From contig CAZRWP010000001.1 in NCBI GenBank assembly GCA_964603945.1, positions 59,623-123,622 of the forward strand: 64,000 nt of DNA. Direction: 5' to 3'. Position numbers and translations under genes: made by a program. The notes under the pieces were generated by a model. It was not told the origin of the DNA, searched no databases, and saw only the letters and a list, made by a program, of their open reading frames with translations. Below are positions 1-9,842 of the stretch, piece by piece (the first letter of the stretch is position 1; each line of letters begins with the position of its first letter). The DNA comes from an uncultured Pseudomonadales bacterium (lineage in GTDB: Bacteria > Patescibacteriota > Microgenomatia > UBA1400 > UBA1396).

Positions 1-1041
1 ACCTGTGCGGTAAGACAGCGCGCCGAGGATCGAGCTAAAGGTTTTATATTAAATGTTGTTAAGCATTATCAGGAAAAATCTCAGCCACGGCCAAAAATTA
101 TATTAACTGGCTGCATGATTCACCACGGCCATGAAAAATTATATGAACTAATTCCGGCACTAGATGAGGTTCTGCCAATTAACGAAGTCGGTTTCAACCA
201 ATCTACTATCCGCAAAGACAACATTAATCTGGTTACCGGTCGGCGCCACGCTTGGGTACCGATCAGTAGTGGCTGCAATTCTTTTTGCACTTACTGTATT
301 GTGCCTTATTCGCGCGGCCGCGAGGCCTCGCGGCCGCTCGCCGACATCCTCACTGAAATTACTAATTTAGCCAATGAGGGCTACCAAGAAATTACTTTGT
401 TAGGCCAAAATGTAAATTCCTGGGGACTAGAAAAAGTTGGTGTTGGCTTGCGCAAACTGCTAATGCAGTCCGATCAGCCTCTACGCCGACAAGATATTCC
501 TGACAACTCGAGTCAATATTTTGCCGCCGATGGCACACCGCCATTTGTCTCTTTGCTCCAGCAAATCAGCGAAATCAAAGGTATTGAATGTATTCGGTTT
601 ATGACCAGCAATCCCTGGGATTTTTCAGATGAACTGATCAAGGAAATTGCCGCTAACCCCAAACTTGACAAGTTTATCCATCTGCCGGTCCAATCTGGCA
701 GCAATAATGTTCTTTATCGCATGAATCGAGGTTACACCAGGGAAAGGTACTTGGAAGTCGTCAATAAATTAAAACAGGCGGTGCCCGACGTCGCGATTGG
801 CACTGACATTATTGTGGGTTTTCCAGGTGAAACTGATGAAGAATTCCAGGAAACAGTTGATTTGGCTAAGCAGGTTGACTGGCATGTAGGCTTTGTGGCC
901 CAGTACTCGCCTCGGCCGGGCACTAGCGCCTGGCGATTATATGAAGATGACATTCCACCAGCCGTCAAAAAACAGCGCTGGAAAACTCTGGATGAAATCA
1001 TCAATAAATCTCACCAAGATAATCGGCCAGCAATATTATAA
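1..1041 (+). CDS. miaB: tRNA-i6A37 methylthiotransferase MiaB (radical SAM MTTase), 5'-truncated by window edge
   Basis: Frame 1 is open from nt 1 (..ILTGCMIHHGHEKL precedes the listed Met); radical-SAM CxxxCxxC motif 'CNSFCTYCIVPYSRG'; TRAM-like C-terminus; immediately followed by miaA. Confidence 0.85.
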   Translation, partial: TCAVRQRAEDRAKGFILNVVKHYQEKSQPRPKIILTGCMIHHGHEKLYELIPALDEVLPINEVGFNQSTIRKDNINLVTGRRHAWVPISSGCNSFCTYCIVPYSRGREASRPLADILTEITNLANEGYQEITLLGQNVNSWGLEKVGVGLRKLLMQSDQPLRRQDIPDNSSQYFAADGTPPFVSLLQQISEIKGIECIRFMTSNPWDFSDELIKEIAANPKLDKFIHLPVQSGSNNVLYRMNRGYTRERYLEVVNKLKQAVPDVAIGTDIIVGFPGETDEEFQETVDLAKQVDWHVGFVAQYSPRPGTSAWRLYEDDIPPAVKKQRWKTLDEIINKSHQDNRPAIL

Positions 1042-1043
1042 AT

Positions 1044-1892
1044 ATGGCTGAAACTCCACTTTTCACCATAATTTTTGGACCAACCGCTTCCGGTAAATCT
1101 GCGCAAGCCTACGAGTTAGCTCAAAAACTAGAAACCAATGTCTTGTCCTTTGATTCGCGGCATATTTATCAAGGAATGGATATTGTTACCGGTAAAGATC
1201 GGCCACCTCAAGATTGGCCGCAGAAGTTACTGGGAGTTGATTTGGTTACGCCAGATCAGGATTTCTCAATTCGCCATTACTATGAATATGCCAAGCCAAT
1301 AATTAATTCATATCGCGAGCGGCAAAAGCCACTAATTTTAGTGGGCGGTTCGTGGCAATATGTTGATGTTTTGCTCAGACCACCAGCGTCCTTATTTGTT
1401 CCGATTGACGAAAAATGGCGCCAAGAGGCTAACAAACTAAGCACACCACAATTGCAAGCAAAATTGAAACAAGTGGATGAAAGTAAATTTTCTGCCTTAA
1501 ACCAATCTGATGTCGCCAATCCTCGTCGTCTGATTAGAGCAATTGAGGTCGCTAGCCAGCCGGAAATTACTACACCCCAACCCTTGATACAAACAAACGA
1601 ATATCAGCTGATCGCTAAAACTCCTTCAATTGACCAAATCTCTGACCGAATTATTAATCGTATCCAGGAGCGACTTAATCAAGGAGCCCTTGAAGAAACT
1701 GAATATTTAATGAATAAGTATCCGGATTGGCATGCCCCCGCATTTTCCGCTACCGGTTACGGGCCAATCAGACAGTATCTTGAAGGTCAGATTGATGAGG
1801 AATCGATGAAACAAGCCTGGAAACATCAAGAACGTGAATATGCCAAGCGCCAGTTGGTCTGGATAAAATCTTTAGATTTGATAGCCGAGTAG
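1044..1892 (+). CDS. miaA: tRNA dimethylallyltransferase MiaA
   Basis: N-terminal P-loop 'FGPTASGKS', 'DSRHIYQGMDIVTGK' IPP-transferase signature; 3 nt after miaB stop. Confidence 0.85.
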   Translation: MAETPLFTIIFGPTASGKSAQAYELAQKLETNVLSFDSRHIYQGMDIVTGKDRPPQDWPQKLLGVDLVTPDQDFSIRHYYEYAKPIINSYRERQKPLILVGGSWQYVDVLLRPPASLFVPIDEKWRQEANKLSTPQLQAKLKQVDESKFSALNQSDVANPRRLIRAIEVASQPEITTPQPLIQTNEYQLIAKTPSIDQISDRIINRIQERLNQGALEETEYLMNKYPDWHAPAFSATGYGPIRQYLEGQIDEESMKQAWKHQEREYAKRQLVWIKSLDLIAE

Positions 1893-2268
1893 TTTACGAT
1901 TATTTTTCGACTAGTTAAGGAACAACAGCAACTCAACCAGCGTGATTAAGGCTAAAGTTCTAAATAAAAGTAATCCCCAAGAAATTCTCAGCAGAAAATC
2001 ACAAAAGTGTGGCTTTACATAAACGCTTGAATCGTAGCTTAATGGCCGGCGCTTTTTAATTTGACGACTCCTTAAATAGCTATTTAACTTCTCGTGACAA
2101 TTTGGAACTTTTACCTCATTTAAGGTTTCAAAATAAGCAGGCTGGTACGCTGATGGGTCTCGCACCTTATTATTTCTTGCTATTCAAGAAATATTATAGC
2201 ATACTAGATACTGCTTTAAACGGATATATTAAGCAATTTTGTTGCTTAATGGTGATGGATGCCGATAT

Positions 2269-2535
2269 TTATCTATTTTCTGAAGAAGATTGGCTTCGCA
2301 ATCTATTTAATTCTGCTTGAACTTCATACCAAAGACCGACACGATAAGAACCTGAGAGCTCAGGTACATGAGTTTCTATGATCCGAGTTATCCAATAAAA
2401 AACTAATGGGTTTTCTTTGTACTCAACTAAGCTTGGAAAATCTATTGGCTGACCATTAGTTTCTCCCTCATGTATCACTCTAGCAATTTCTGTTACAGCA
2501 GAATTAAATGACATTGTTCCCTCTTTCTTAGGCAA
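2269..2535 (-). CDS. hypothetical small protein co-oriented downstream of lexA (8-nt overlap)
   Basis: 88-aa ORF overlapping lexA stop by 8 nt; no recognisable motif; may start at internal MSFNSAV. Confidence 0.35.
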   Translation of the reverse strand: MPKKEGTMSFNSAVTEIARVIHEGETNGQPIDFPSLVEYKENPLVFYWITRIIETHVPELSGSYRVGLWYEVQAELNRLRSQSSSENR

Positions 2536-3145
2536 ATTTTCGAATTAGCCCGACACATCTTCCCTGAATTCTAACATTGCTAGCGTAAATCGGCGACATG
2601 GTTGAGTTAGCGGGTTCTAATCTTACTCGAGTTGCCTCTTTAAAAAATCTTTTAAGGGTGGCTAAGCCATTTTCAAGAAGCGCCACTACAATATCGCCAT
2701 CACGAACATCTTCCTGCTCCTCAATAACCACGTAATCACCATCCAGAATACCGTCATCAATCATGGAATCGCCCTTAACATGCAAAACATAAGCCCGGCG
2801 CTTGCCAGAAATTAATTGGGGTGAAACTTTAAAAGTTGCATTTGGATCTGGATAGGGCTCAATTGGTCGGCCGGCGGCAATGTAGCCCATCATTGGCAAG
2901 TCGATGCCTTCAGAGATTTTAAGGAAAGTTCGATCCAGCAGTTCTATTCCCCGAACAGCGCCTTCAGCTCGGCGAATAATGCTCTTTTTTTCCAAGGCGC
3001 CCAAATGCTCATGCACGGTTGCCAAAGAAGAAACACCAATGGCATCCGCAATTTCCTGCAAAGTTGGCGAGTAGTTATTTAGCTGTATATATTGAGCGAC
3101 GAAGTCAACTATTTGTCTTTGACGGCGATAAAGCGTGACTGCCAT
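2528..3145 (-). CDS. lexA: LexA repressor (SOS regulator, S24 peptidase)
   Basis: N-terminal winged HTH 'SPTLQEIADAIGVSSLATVHEHLGALEKK', Ala-Gly cleavage site 'IAAGRP', Ser/Lys dyad region 'KGDSM'; divergent from uvrB. Confidence 0.85.
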   Translation of the reverse strand: MAVTLYRRQRQIVDFVAQYIQLNNYSPTLQEIADAIGVSSLATVHEHLGALEKKSIIRRAEGAVRGIELLDRTFLKISEGIDLPMMGYIAAGRPIEPYPDPNATFKVSPQLISGKRRAYVLHVKGDSMIDDGILDGDYVVIEEQEDVRDGDIVVALLENGLATLKRFFKEATRVRLEPANSTMSPIYASNVRIQGRCVGLIRKFA

Positions 3146-3432
3146 GGCAGGCCTCCTTATGTATTTTTGTTTCGGCGAACCATACCCGAATACCCATACA
3201 ATACCCAGAAATTAGATGCTCTGTAAAGCGTATCTTAATGTATCAATTATTAACAAATTTAATATATCTTCCAATTCAAGAGGTTTACAAAAGTTTTGGG
3301 TGTTCATCATTAGATGATTTTTATCTTTTCATTTAGAACAAAATAATGATTTTTTAATCAGCTTTAACCAAATAAGACAATTTTTCACTTCCTCTCACTA
3401 GGTTAATATTCTGCGATACAATATTAGATCGC
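3146..3432. promoter_or_regulatory. Divergent lexA/uvrB promoter region with candidate operator palindromes
   Basis: 287-bp AT-rich intergenic spacer between divergently transcribed lexA and uvrB; contains short inverted repeats TCATC-N4-GATGA (~3300) and TGATT-TTTT-AATCA (~3349); no canonical CTGT-N8-ACAG or CGAAC-N4-GTTCG box seen. Confidence 0.3.
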
Positions 3433-5604
3433 ATGTATAAATTACAAGCTCCTTATCAGCCAGCTGGCGATCAGCCAAAAGCCATCCAAGAGATGACGCA
3501 AAATTACCTCTCCGGTCAAAAGGAGCAGGTCTTGCTGGGCGTTACCGGATCGGGCAAAACTTACACCATGGCAAACGTCGTGGTCAATTTAAACAAACCG
3601 ACCCTGGTTATTGCCCATAATAAAACATTAGCCGCTCAGCTATATCAGGAGTTTAGAGATTTTTTCCCAGAAAACGCTGTCAGTTATTTTGTCTCCTACT
3701 ATGATTTTTATCAGCCGGAAGCATACATCGTCACAACTGATACCTATATTGAGAAGGAAGCGCAAATTAATGAGGAAATTGATAAGTTGCGCCTGGCTAC
3801 AACGGCCAATTTGCTTTCCAGACCGGATTGTATTGTGGTGGCGTCAGTTTCCTGTATATATAACCTAGGACGCCCAGAAGATTTTGCCAATTTTGCCCTA
3901 GAAATTGTGGAGGGCGAAGTAATTTCCCGTCAAACTCTAATCACTCGCTTGGTAGACATGCAGTACCAACGGGTAACGGCTGAACTTATGCGCGGTACTT
4001 TTAGATTGCGCGGTGAGGCCGTTCAAGTCTGGCCAGCCAACGAAGAATGGGCATTTAATATCTTAATGCCAGGCAACAGCATCTCAAAAATTGAGAAGAT
4101 ACATCCATTGAGTGGTGATCTCTGGCCGATTCAGGCTTCGCAAAATCCTTACGAACCACGCCGACACACCATTTACCCGGCCAAACACTACATAGCCAGT
4201 CAAGATAGTGAAGGGGCAATTAAGCAGATTGAGGCTGATTTACAAACTCAACTCGTTAAGCTAAGAGCAGAAAATAAAATTCTGGAGGCTTATCGCCTGG
4301 AGCAACGCACCTTGCATGACCTCGATATGATTAAAGAGGTCGGTTACGTCAACGGAATTGAAAACTATTCCCGCTACTTTGATGGCCGCAAGCCTGGCGA
4401 CGCTCCATTTACATTGCTGAACTACATGCGCTGGAACGCTGAGAAATTTGGCGATGGCGAATTCTTAACCATTGTTGATGAAAGCCACATGACATTGCCG
4501 CAAGTCAGAGGCATGTATAACGGTGATCAAAGCCGCAAGACCACCCTAGTCGATTATGGTTTTAGATTGCCAGCGGCCATGGACAATCGCCCGCTGCACT
4601 TTGATGAATTTTTGGATCGCACCAGTATGCTAGCTTATGTCTCCGCGACTCCGGCCAAATGGGAAGTTGAACACAGTCAAAATACCGTGGTGGAGCAGAT
4701 TGTTCGGCCAACTGGTTTGGTAGATCCTCAAGTGGAAATCAGGCCAATTAATAACCAAATTCCTGATCTTCTGCATGAAATTGTGGTCCGCAAAGAGCGC
4801 GGCCAGCGCGTTTTAGTAACTACCTTGACCAAAAAGATGGCCGAAACTTTATCCGAATATCTAAATGATGCCAAAAAGATGAATGAGCTACTGGAGCGTC
4901 ATGGCTACAACCCAACCGACGATATGCCCAAAGCTCAGTACCTGCACTCTGACGTCCAAACCCTGGAGCGCAGTGACATCTTGGATGATCTGCGCCGCGG
5001 TGAATACGACGTTTTAATTGGTGTTAACTTACTGCGCGAGGGACTCGACCTGCCGGAAGTGACTTTGGTGGCTATTTTAGACGCCGACCAGGAAGGCTTC
5101 CTGCGCTCCACCTCTGCCTTGATCCAAACCATGGGCCGTGCCGCCCGCCACGTTGAAGGCACGGTAATTTTATATGCCGACCGCATGACTGGATCCATGC
5201 AGGCGGCAATTGATGAGGTCGGGCGGCGGCGCGACATCCAACTGGCTTACAACGCCAAGCACGGCATTGACCCTAAAACCATCGCCAAACCGGTTCGCGA
5301 TCGCTTAATTGCTCAACAGGAAAAAGAAGAACTACCTGGTATTGAGGCTATTAACTTGAATCGCCGGTTGAGCCGAGGCTTTAATCGCCCAGGCGAAAAA
5401 CGAGCCAAACACGATGGACAAACAGTCGTGGCACTTAATAAACGCACCAGCGTGATCTTGGAGCAACTCGATCCAAACTCACTCACCCCAGAGGATAAAT
5501 CCAAACTGTCCAAGCAACTGACCCGTGCCATGAACTTAGCCTCCAAAGAATGGAACTTTGAGCTAGCGGCTCAAATCAGAGATACGATCGCCAAACTAAA
5601 ATAA
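3433..5604 (+). CDS. uvrB: Excinuclease ABC subunit B (UvrB)
   Basis: Walker A 'GVTGSGKT', helicase motifs, beta-hairpin region, C-terminal UvrB/UvrC interaction helix 'ELAAQIRDTIAKLK'; 723 aa. Confidence 0.9.
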   Translation: MYKLQAPYQPAGDQPKAIQEMTQNYLSGQKEQVLLGVTGSGKTYTMANVVVNLNKPTLVIAHNKTLAAQLYQEFRDFFPENAVSYFVSYYDFYQPEAYIVTTDTYIEKEAQINEEIDKLRLATTANLLSRPDCIVVASVSCIYNLGRPEDFANFALEIVEGEVISRQTLITRLVDMQYQRVTAELMRGTFRLRGEAVQVWPANEEWAFNILMPGNSISKIEKIHPLSGDLWPIQASQNPYEPRRHTIYPAKHYIASQDSEGAIKQIEADLQTQLVKLRAENKILEAYRLEQRTLHDLDMIKEVGYVNGIENYSRYFDGRKPGDAPFTLLNYMRWNAEKFGDGEFLTIVDESHMTLPQVRGMYNGDQSRKTTLVDYGFRLPAAMDNRPLHFDEFLDRTSMLAYVSATPAKWEVEHSQNTVVEQIVRPTGLVDPQVEIRPINNQIPDLLHEIVVRKERGQRVLVTTLTKKMAETLSEYLNDAKKMNELLERHGYNPTDDMPKAQYLHSDVQTLERSDILDDLRRGEYDVLIGVNLLREGLDLPEVTLVAILDADQEGFLRSTSALIQTMGRAARHVEGTVILYADRMTGSMQAAIDEVGRRRDIQLAYNAKHGIDPKTIAKPVRDRLIAQQEKEELPGIEAINLNRRLSRGFNRPGEKRAKHDGQTVVALNKRTSVILEQLDPNSLTPEDKSKLSKQLTRAMNLASKEWNFELAAQIRDTIAKLK

Positions 5605-7035
5605 AGTACTTGTCTTTAAAAATTGACTTGATGGTATTTCCAAAATATTATCTGGCAAATTTTTTATACTTTCCGGGTCATCTTCATACACCATAATTGG
5701 TTGCGGATGATTTGGGTACATAATAGATAACATATGATTAAAATTTATGGCTTGAGAAACTTGTCTAGAAACTCCCCAGGTAGCAACAGGTGCTAATTCA
5801 TCATTGGTAAAAACAACTACAGTATCATCATTTAAGCTCGGATAATTTTGATTAAAATACTCAGATACCTGTCTGGCTATCTGAGGTCGATGAATACTAT
5901 AGTGAGCTTGATGATATAAACGCAAACTTACAATATTAAGCAGAAGAAAAATTCCCAGCATTATCTGACTCCATCTTATGGTCTGCCTGGTTGAAATAAA
6001 TGAGACTAATCCACTCAACATCAGTAAAGTCATAGATTGTCCTAGGACATACTTATGTCCAGGAAGAAATATTATAGGTAATAATGAGACTGCATAGCCC
6101 GCAATAATTAACCAAAAATATTTATTTCGCCAAACTTTAGCTCGCCAAAAAACAAAAATCCAAGTTGCAATCGTAATTAATAATAAGATCAGAAGCCACC
6201 AACCCCAAATTGGAAAAGCTGTAAAATATTGCGGAAGAATGCGTAAACCACTACTCACATAATCTAGTAACATTTCAGGTGCGCCCAAATTCCAAATGCT
6301 ATACCAAGAAAACGTATGAATCGCTCTAAAAGGCGAAAAATTCCATACATAAGCCTGCCCGCCAACTGCTTCAGTACCTAATACTAATAATCTAAGTGGC
6401 AAATATGCAGCTAACACAGCAATAAATGGCACAAGGTGAGACAGTTTTTTTACCGATTTTATTTTTGAGAATATAAATAAAATTAAAGGAAATACAACTG
6501 CACTTTCTTTTGAAGCTAAAGCTAACACAAAACACAACAAGCTCAGCCACGTTGTTGTCCAATCAGTTTTCTTAAAATACAGATAAATCCCTAATACCAC
6601 AAAAAATAGCATTAAAATTTCCTGAAAAGCTGATAAATAAAATACTCTTGTAAATTGACTGGCAGAGAATGCAAAGATAAAAGTTCCTATTGTAGCCGCT
6701 CGGCTGGATTCAAAAATCAATTTCCATAGATACCAAACTAAAATTACTGTTCCAGCAAGTATTAGTAGCGAAAACAGATAATATGGCCAGGCTGATAGTC
6801 CAAACAAGTTCTGAAACAGTCCAAAAAATAGTTGAGTGCTTAGAGGTCGATACATCGGGGTGCTTAAGTCATTTTGCCAAAAGGAAAAAGCTTGAAACAA
6901 TTTCCACCAAGGCACATCTTTGGTCAAATTTAGAAAATACCAATCGTCACTCCAAAAGAAACTCCGAAGTGACACTGCATGAAACAATAACAAACAAAGA
7001 GCTAAATATGTAGCTGGATGACGAAAAACATTCAC
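5596..7035 (-). CDS. Polytopic membrane GT-C-fold glycosyltransferase-like protein (PMT_2/TMTC-like family, paralog of 44298..46115)
   Basis: Multi-TM; shares 'F-W-(S/D)-DD', 'Y(R/K)PL' and 'SKE(S/T)..FPL' motifs with ORF 44298..46115; gene is markedly AT-richer than neighbours. Confidence 0.5.
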   Translation of the reverse strand: MNVFRHPATYLALCLLLFHAVSLRSFFWSDDWYFLNLTKDVPWWKLFQAFSFWQNDLSTPMYRPLSTQLFFGLFQNLFGLSAWPYYLFSLLILAGTVILVWYLWKLIFESSRAATIGTFIFAFSASQFTRVFYLSAFQEILMLFFVVLGIYLYFKKTDWTTTWLSLLCFVLALASKESAVVFPLILFIFSKIKSVKKLSHLVPFIAVLAAYLPLRLLVLGTEAVGGQAYVWNFSPFRAIHTFSWYSIWNLGAPEMLLDYVSSGLRILPQYFTAFPIWGWWLLILLLITIATWIFVFWRAKVWRNKYFWLIIAGYAVSLLPIIFLPGHKYVLGQSMTLLMLSGLVSFISTRQTIRWSQIMLGIFLLLNIVSLRLYHQAHYSIHRPQIARQVSEYFNQNYPSLNDDTVVVFTNDELAPVATWGVSRQVSQAINFNHMLSIMYPNHPQPIMVYEDDPESIKNLPDNILEIPSSQFLKTSTLF

Positions 7036-7073
7036 AACGCTTAGTTTAGCGTTTATGTGTAATTTAAATCAAT

Positions 7074-7271
7074 CTACTTTAACTTTTCGACTTCGCGGTG
7101 CAGAACGTGCTTGCGAATGCCGGCGGTAGGATCAAACTTCATCAGTTCGAGCTTACCACGGCCTTTTTCACGCTCGTTGCGCTTATTGCGAGAAGTGTGA
7201 TGTGTTATATGACCAGAAACTGTCGATTTGAGTGCGATCAGTTGACGTGGTCCTTTTTTTGCTTTAGCCAT
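7074..7271 (-). CDS. rpmG: 50S ribosomal protein L33
   Basis: Internal start MAKAKK..; 'GHITHHTSRNKRN..KLELMKFDP..RKHVLHRE' matches L33 'GHFYTTTKNKR..KLELKKFDP..KHV.YKE' pattern; ORF-track start extended upstream into tRNA flank. Confidence 0.8.
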   Translation of the reverse strand: MAKAKKGPRQLIALKSTVSGHITHHTSRNKRNEREKGRGKLELMKFDPTAGIRKHVLHREVEKLK

Positions 7272-7345
7272 ACAAATCCTTTCGAGAGAGCATATTGTAA
7301 CATGACCTTTGCCTGGAATTAGACCTAAGATCACATCAATGTCTC

Positions 7346-7420
7346 TGAGCCGCCAGGGGGACTCGAACCCTCGACCTATGCTTTACAAAAGCACCGCTCT
7401 ACCAACTGAGCTATGGCGGC
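7346..7420 (-). tRNA. tRNA-Thr (anticodon UGU)
   Basis: Reverse complement folds as cloverleaf: acceptor GCCGCCA/TGGCGGC, D-arm GCTC-AGTTGGTA-GAGC, anticodon stem GTGCT/AGCAT with loop TTTGTAA (UGU), T-loop TTCGAGT; one A-C mismatch in T-stem. Confidence 0.75.
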
Positions 7421-7520
7421 AACTGAACCACTAATTATAACAAAAAACCGGCCAAAACACGTCTAAGATTCACATTTCCCTGGCCTGTCACCCATTTATC
7501 AACTTTGCCCAAGCCTCGCT

Positions 7521-8489
7521 TCAATCAGCTTGGCCAGTAGATTGCTCAATCCTTAAAGCTGACAGCTCAATCGTTACTGGCCGCCCCAAACTACTGGATA
7601 ACACCTGAGCCATTTTATCGGCATCTGGCATTTCCGCGCCTTCAGGTAGATGAATCGTGGCCTCCACCACCTTGTTTCCTCCAGTTACCTTAACCTTTTC
7701 CAATTTGATTTCCGGTCGGTCGGCCAGTTCCAACTTTATTGCCTGATCTACCATCTCATTTAGCCGATTATTTTTCAAAGTGGTGATGAATGCTCCCGTC
7801 AGCAAGGTGGCTAACAAGGCAGTCATGGCAAAAGTAACGCCCCAACTTGCCAAAACTGACTCCTTTATTTCGCCAGATCTAGTTGAGCGCAGAGTAATCA
7901 GCAGAACCAGCAAACCGCCACTGATTGTCGCCACCACATTGGTAAAAAACATTAATACCGCCCCTAAAGTTAAGAGCATTTCATTAGTCGCCAGACCAAC
8001 ACCGGCCGCACAAAGTGGTGTCACTAAGGATACCGCCACCGCCACGCCAGCCAGCGACTCGGGAATATCTTTGTGGAGATAGGCATACATGCCAGCCGCG
8101 CCGGCAGTTAGGGCGATTAACAAATCGATTAAGGTCGGTTGAGCTCTCACGATTGCCGCGTCCGTCAAGCCAATCGTCGGAATAACCAACGCTACCAGTG
8201 CACTGATAACTAAAATAACCGCCGTACTGATTGAGAGGTGTGATAACGCCTTTAACATATGGCCAAACTGACCATGAGCGATGGCCACGGAAAGCGCATA
8301 AATCGGCACCAATAGCGGTGCTACCAGCATGGCCCCCAAAATTACATTAGGGTTGTCCAACAAAATTCCTAAAGTGGCCAGTGTGGAAGAAAAAATCAGC
8401 AGCCAATAATAACTAACTGAACCAGTATCCTGGGAAATCAACTCGCGTTCGTTGCGGTGGGAGGAAAATAACCAGGCCAAAGCTGACAT
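7521..8489 (-). CDS. DUF389-family integral membrane protein
   Basis: Multiple TM helices, 'MLVAPLLVPI' motif typical of DUF389/TIGR00341 hydrophobic domain; soluble C-terminal domain. Confidence 0.5.
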   Translation of the reverse strand: MSALAWLFSSHRNERELISQDTGSVSYYWLLIFSSTLATLGILLDNPNVILGAMLVAPLLVPIYALSVAIAHGQFGHMLKALSHLSISTAVILVISALVALVIPTIGLTDAAIVRAQPTLIDLLIALTAGAAGMYAYLHKDIPESLAGVAVAVSLVTPLCAAGVGLATNEMLLTLGAVLMFFTNVVATISGGLLVLLITLRSTRSGEIKESVLASWGVTFAMTALLATLLTGAFITTLKNNRLNEMVDQAIKLELADRPEIKLEKVKVTGGNKVVEATIHLPEGAEMPDADKMAQVLSSSLGRPVTIELSALRIEQSTGQAD

Positions 8490-8492
8490 TGA

Positions 8493-9293
8493 TTACTCCA
8501 CTACCACATACGCGTCGTAAAACGGACCAGTGGCAGTCGCCACTTTATCAGAAATTACGGACTCCATGGGTTGCCAGGCTTCGCCGTCCCAACCCAAAAT
8601 GGTGGCATTCGAAACGTCTTCATTCACCCTGATGGAAACTTCCAATTGCCCCGCATAGGGAGATATCAGGCGTAGAACGTAAGGTGCTGACAATAACCGG
8701 CGCTCCACATTTTCCGGCAAACCCGGTGATTGTAAGATCACGCCATAAGCAACTCTAGCCAGGTTAGCTCCTTCAGCCCGGAATTTACTGTCGCGGGAAA
8801 CAAAAATAGTCTCTTTGGTTTTATTTTCGATGAAAGCCCAATCATTTTTCAAAACATATTTTTCCGCTCCCAAAAAGCGCAGCAGTAAGCTTCCACCGCT
8901 TACATCCTCATGGTAGGAACATTTGCCACCCGCACTGCAGCTGCCAAGCAACATATCCAGACTGGCGGGCAGCTCAGCTAAATCCAAAGGCAACATCGCA
9001 CCCTGGAGAAGATCGCCGGTTTGGTATTCCATTTCGACCTCAGCTTCTTCCGCCGGCTTTTTCAGATCATAAACCGTAACCTGGAGATTGCGGCCATTCT
9101 GATTAGGCTCAATGGCTACGTAAGGCCGCTCTTCAACTGGAATTAAATTAACTTTTTCGATTGGTTTGACGGTTTTGGGTGTTTCGGAATTACTCTCATC
9201 GCTGGATCGCAGTTTGGAATAGGCCAAAACCACGCCAGTCACGACTAAAATCAACCCGATTACCAAAGCAATGATGAAACCTTTTTTTTGCAT
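8493..9293 (-). CDS. hypothetical membrane-anchored extracytoplasmic protein
   Basis: Likely start MQKKGF (9293) followed by single N-terminal TM helix; no recognisable catalytic motif. Confidence 0.45.
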   Translation of the reverse strand: MQKKGFIIALVIGLILVVTGVVLAYSKLRSSDESNSETPKTVKPIEKVNLIPVEERPYVAIEPNQNGRNLQVTVYDLKKPAEEAEVEMEYQTGDLLQGAMLPLDLAELPASLDMLLGSCSAGGKCSYHEDVSGGSLLLRFLGAEKYVLKNDWAFIENKTKETIFVSRDSKFRAEGANLARVAYGVILQSPGLPENVERRLLSAPYVLRLISPYAGQLEVSIRVNEDVSNATILGWDGEAWQPMESVISDKVATATGPFYDAYVVVE

Positions 9294-9373
9294 GTCCACA
9301 TCATACGATATTGCAGTATAGCCGAACAAGCAGAGCAATAACTAAGGCAATGTTGTGATGTAGTTTTGAGAAT

Positions 9374-9799
9374 CTACTTTTTTGAGGCTAATATTTCAGG
9401 TAATGACGCTGAAACTTTAGAAATAAATTCTTCCATCAGCGGATCATAACTAGCAAAAAGCTGATGTGCCACGTCTACAAATAAAATTACTGTGTTTTCA
9501 GAGAAATCCAAAAATAACTGCAGTCTCACTGGTAAAGCCATTTTGCTTTTTAACTCTACTAAGTCAAAGCAGGCTTGAAATTTGTTTTCTCTGGAGACTA
9601 CCTTGTTTCGCTGAACTGCCAAGTATGGCAGAGGCTCATCACTTGATTTGTCAGCTAATATTTTAGTTGTTTCAGCGGCAGCTCTATCAAAAAAATCTAC
9701 CAAAAATTGATAAATTTCACGGGTTTCCTCAAGGGAATCGCAACTTATATATTTTTCGTACTTATTATTTTGTTTCCGGTAATGTTTTTCGATTCTCAT
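9374..9799 (-). CDS. hypothetical protein
   Basis: 141-aa ORF with good coding periodicity, no recognisable domain. Confidence 0.4.
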   Translation of the reverse strand: MRIEKHYRKQNNKYEKYISCDSLEETREIYQFLVDFFDRAAAETTKILADKSSDEPLPYLAVQRNKVVSRENKFQACFDLVELKSKMALPVRLQLFLDFSENTVILFVDVAHQLFASYDPLMEEFISKVSASLPEILASKK

Positions 9800-9842
9800 A
9801 CTAATAGCTGAATTGTTAGCTTCCTGCTGGATGCGAGTTTAA

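Noticed and set aside
164-1004. Small ORFs 164..370 (+), 513..704 (-), 732..1004 (-) inside miaB
   Set aside because: Overlap the radical-SAM miaB frame. miaB is continuous and motif-supported, so these are frame shadows.
1911-2320. ORFs 1911..2165 (-) and 2102..2320 (+) in the miaA-lexA spacer region
   Set aside because: Mutually overlapping on opposite strands, AT-rich, no SD or motif support. The region is more likely non-coding (miaA 3' UTR / lexA-operon terminator).
4935-5546. Antisense ORFs within uvrB (4935..5237, 5313..5546)
   Set aside because: Embedded opposite a high-confidence uvrB reading frame. R/S/P-rich low-complexity translations; no independent support.
7098-7322. Plus-strand 74-aa ORF opposite rpmG
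   Set aside because: Antisense to the ribosomal protein L33 gene, whose identity is clear from conserved motifs.
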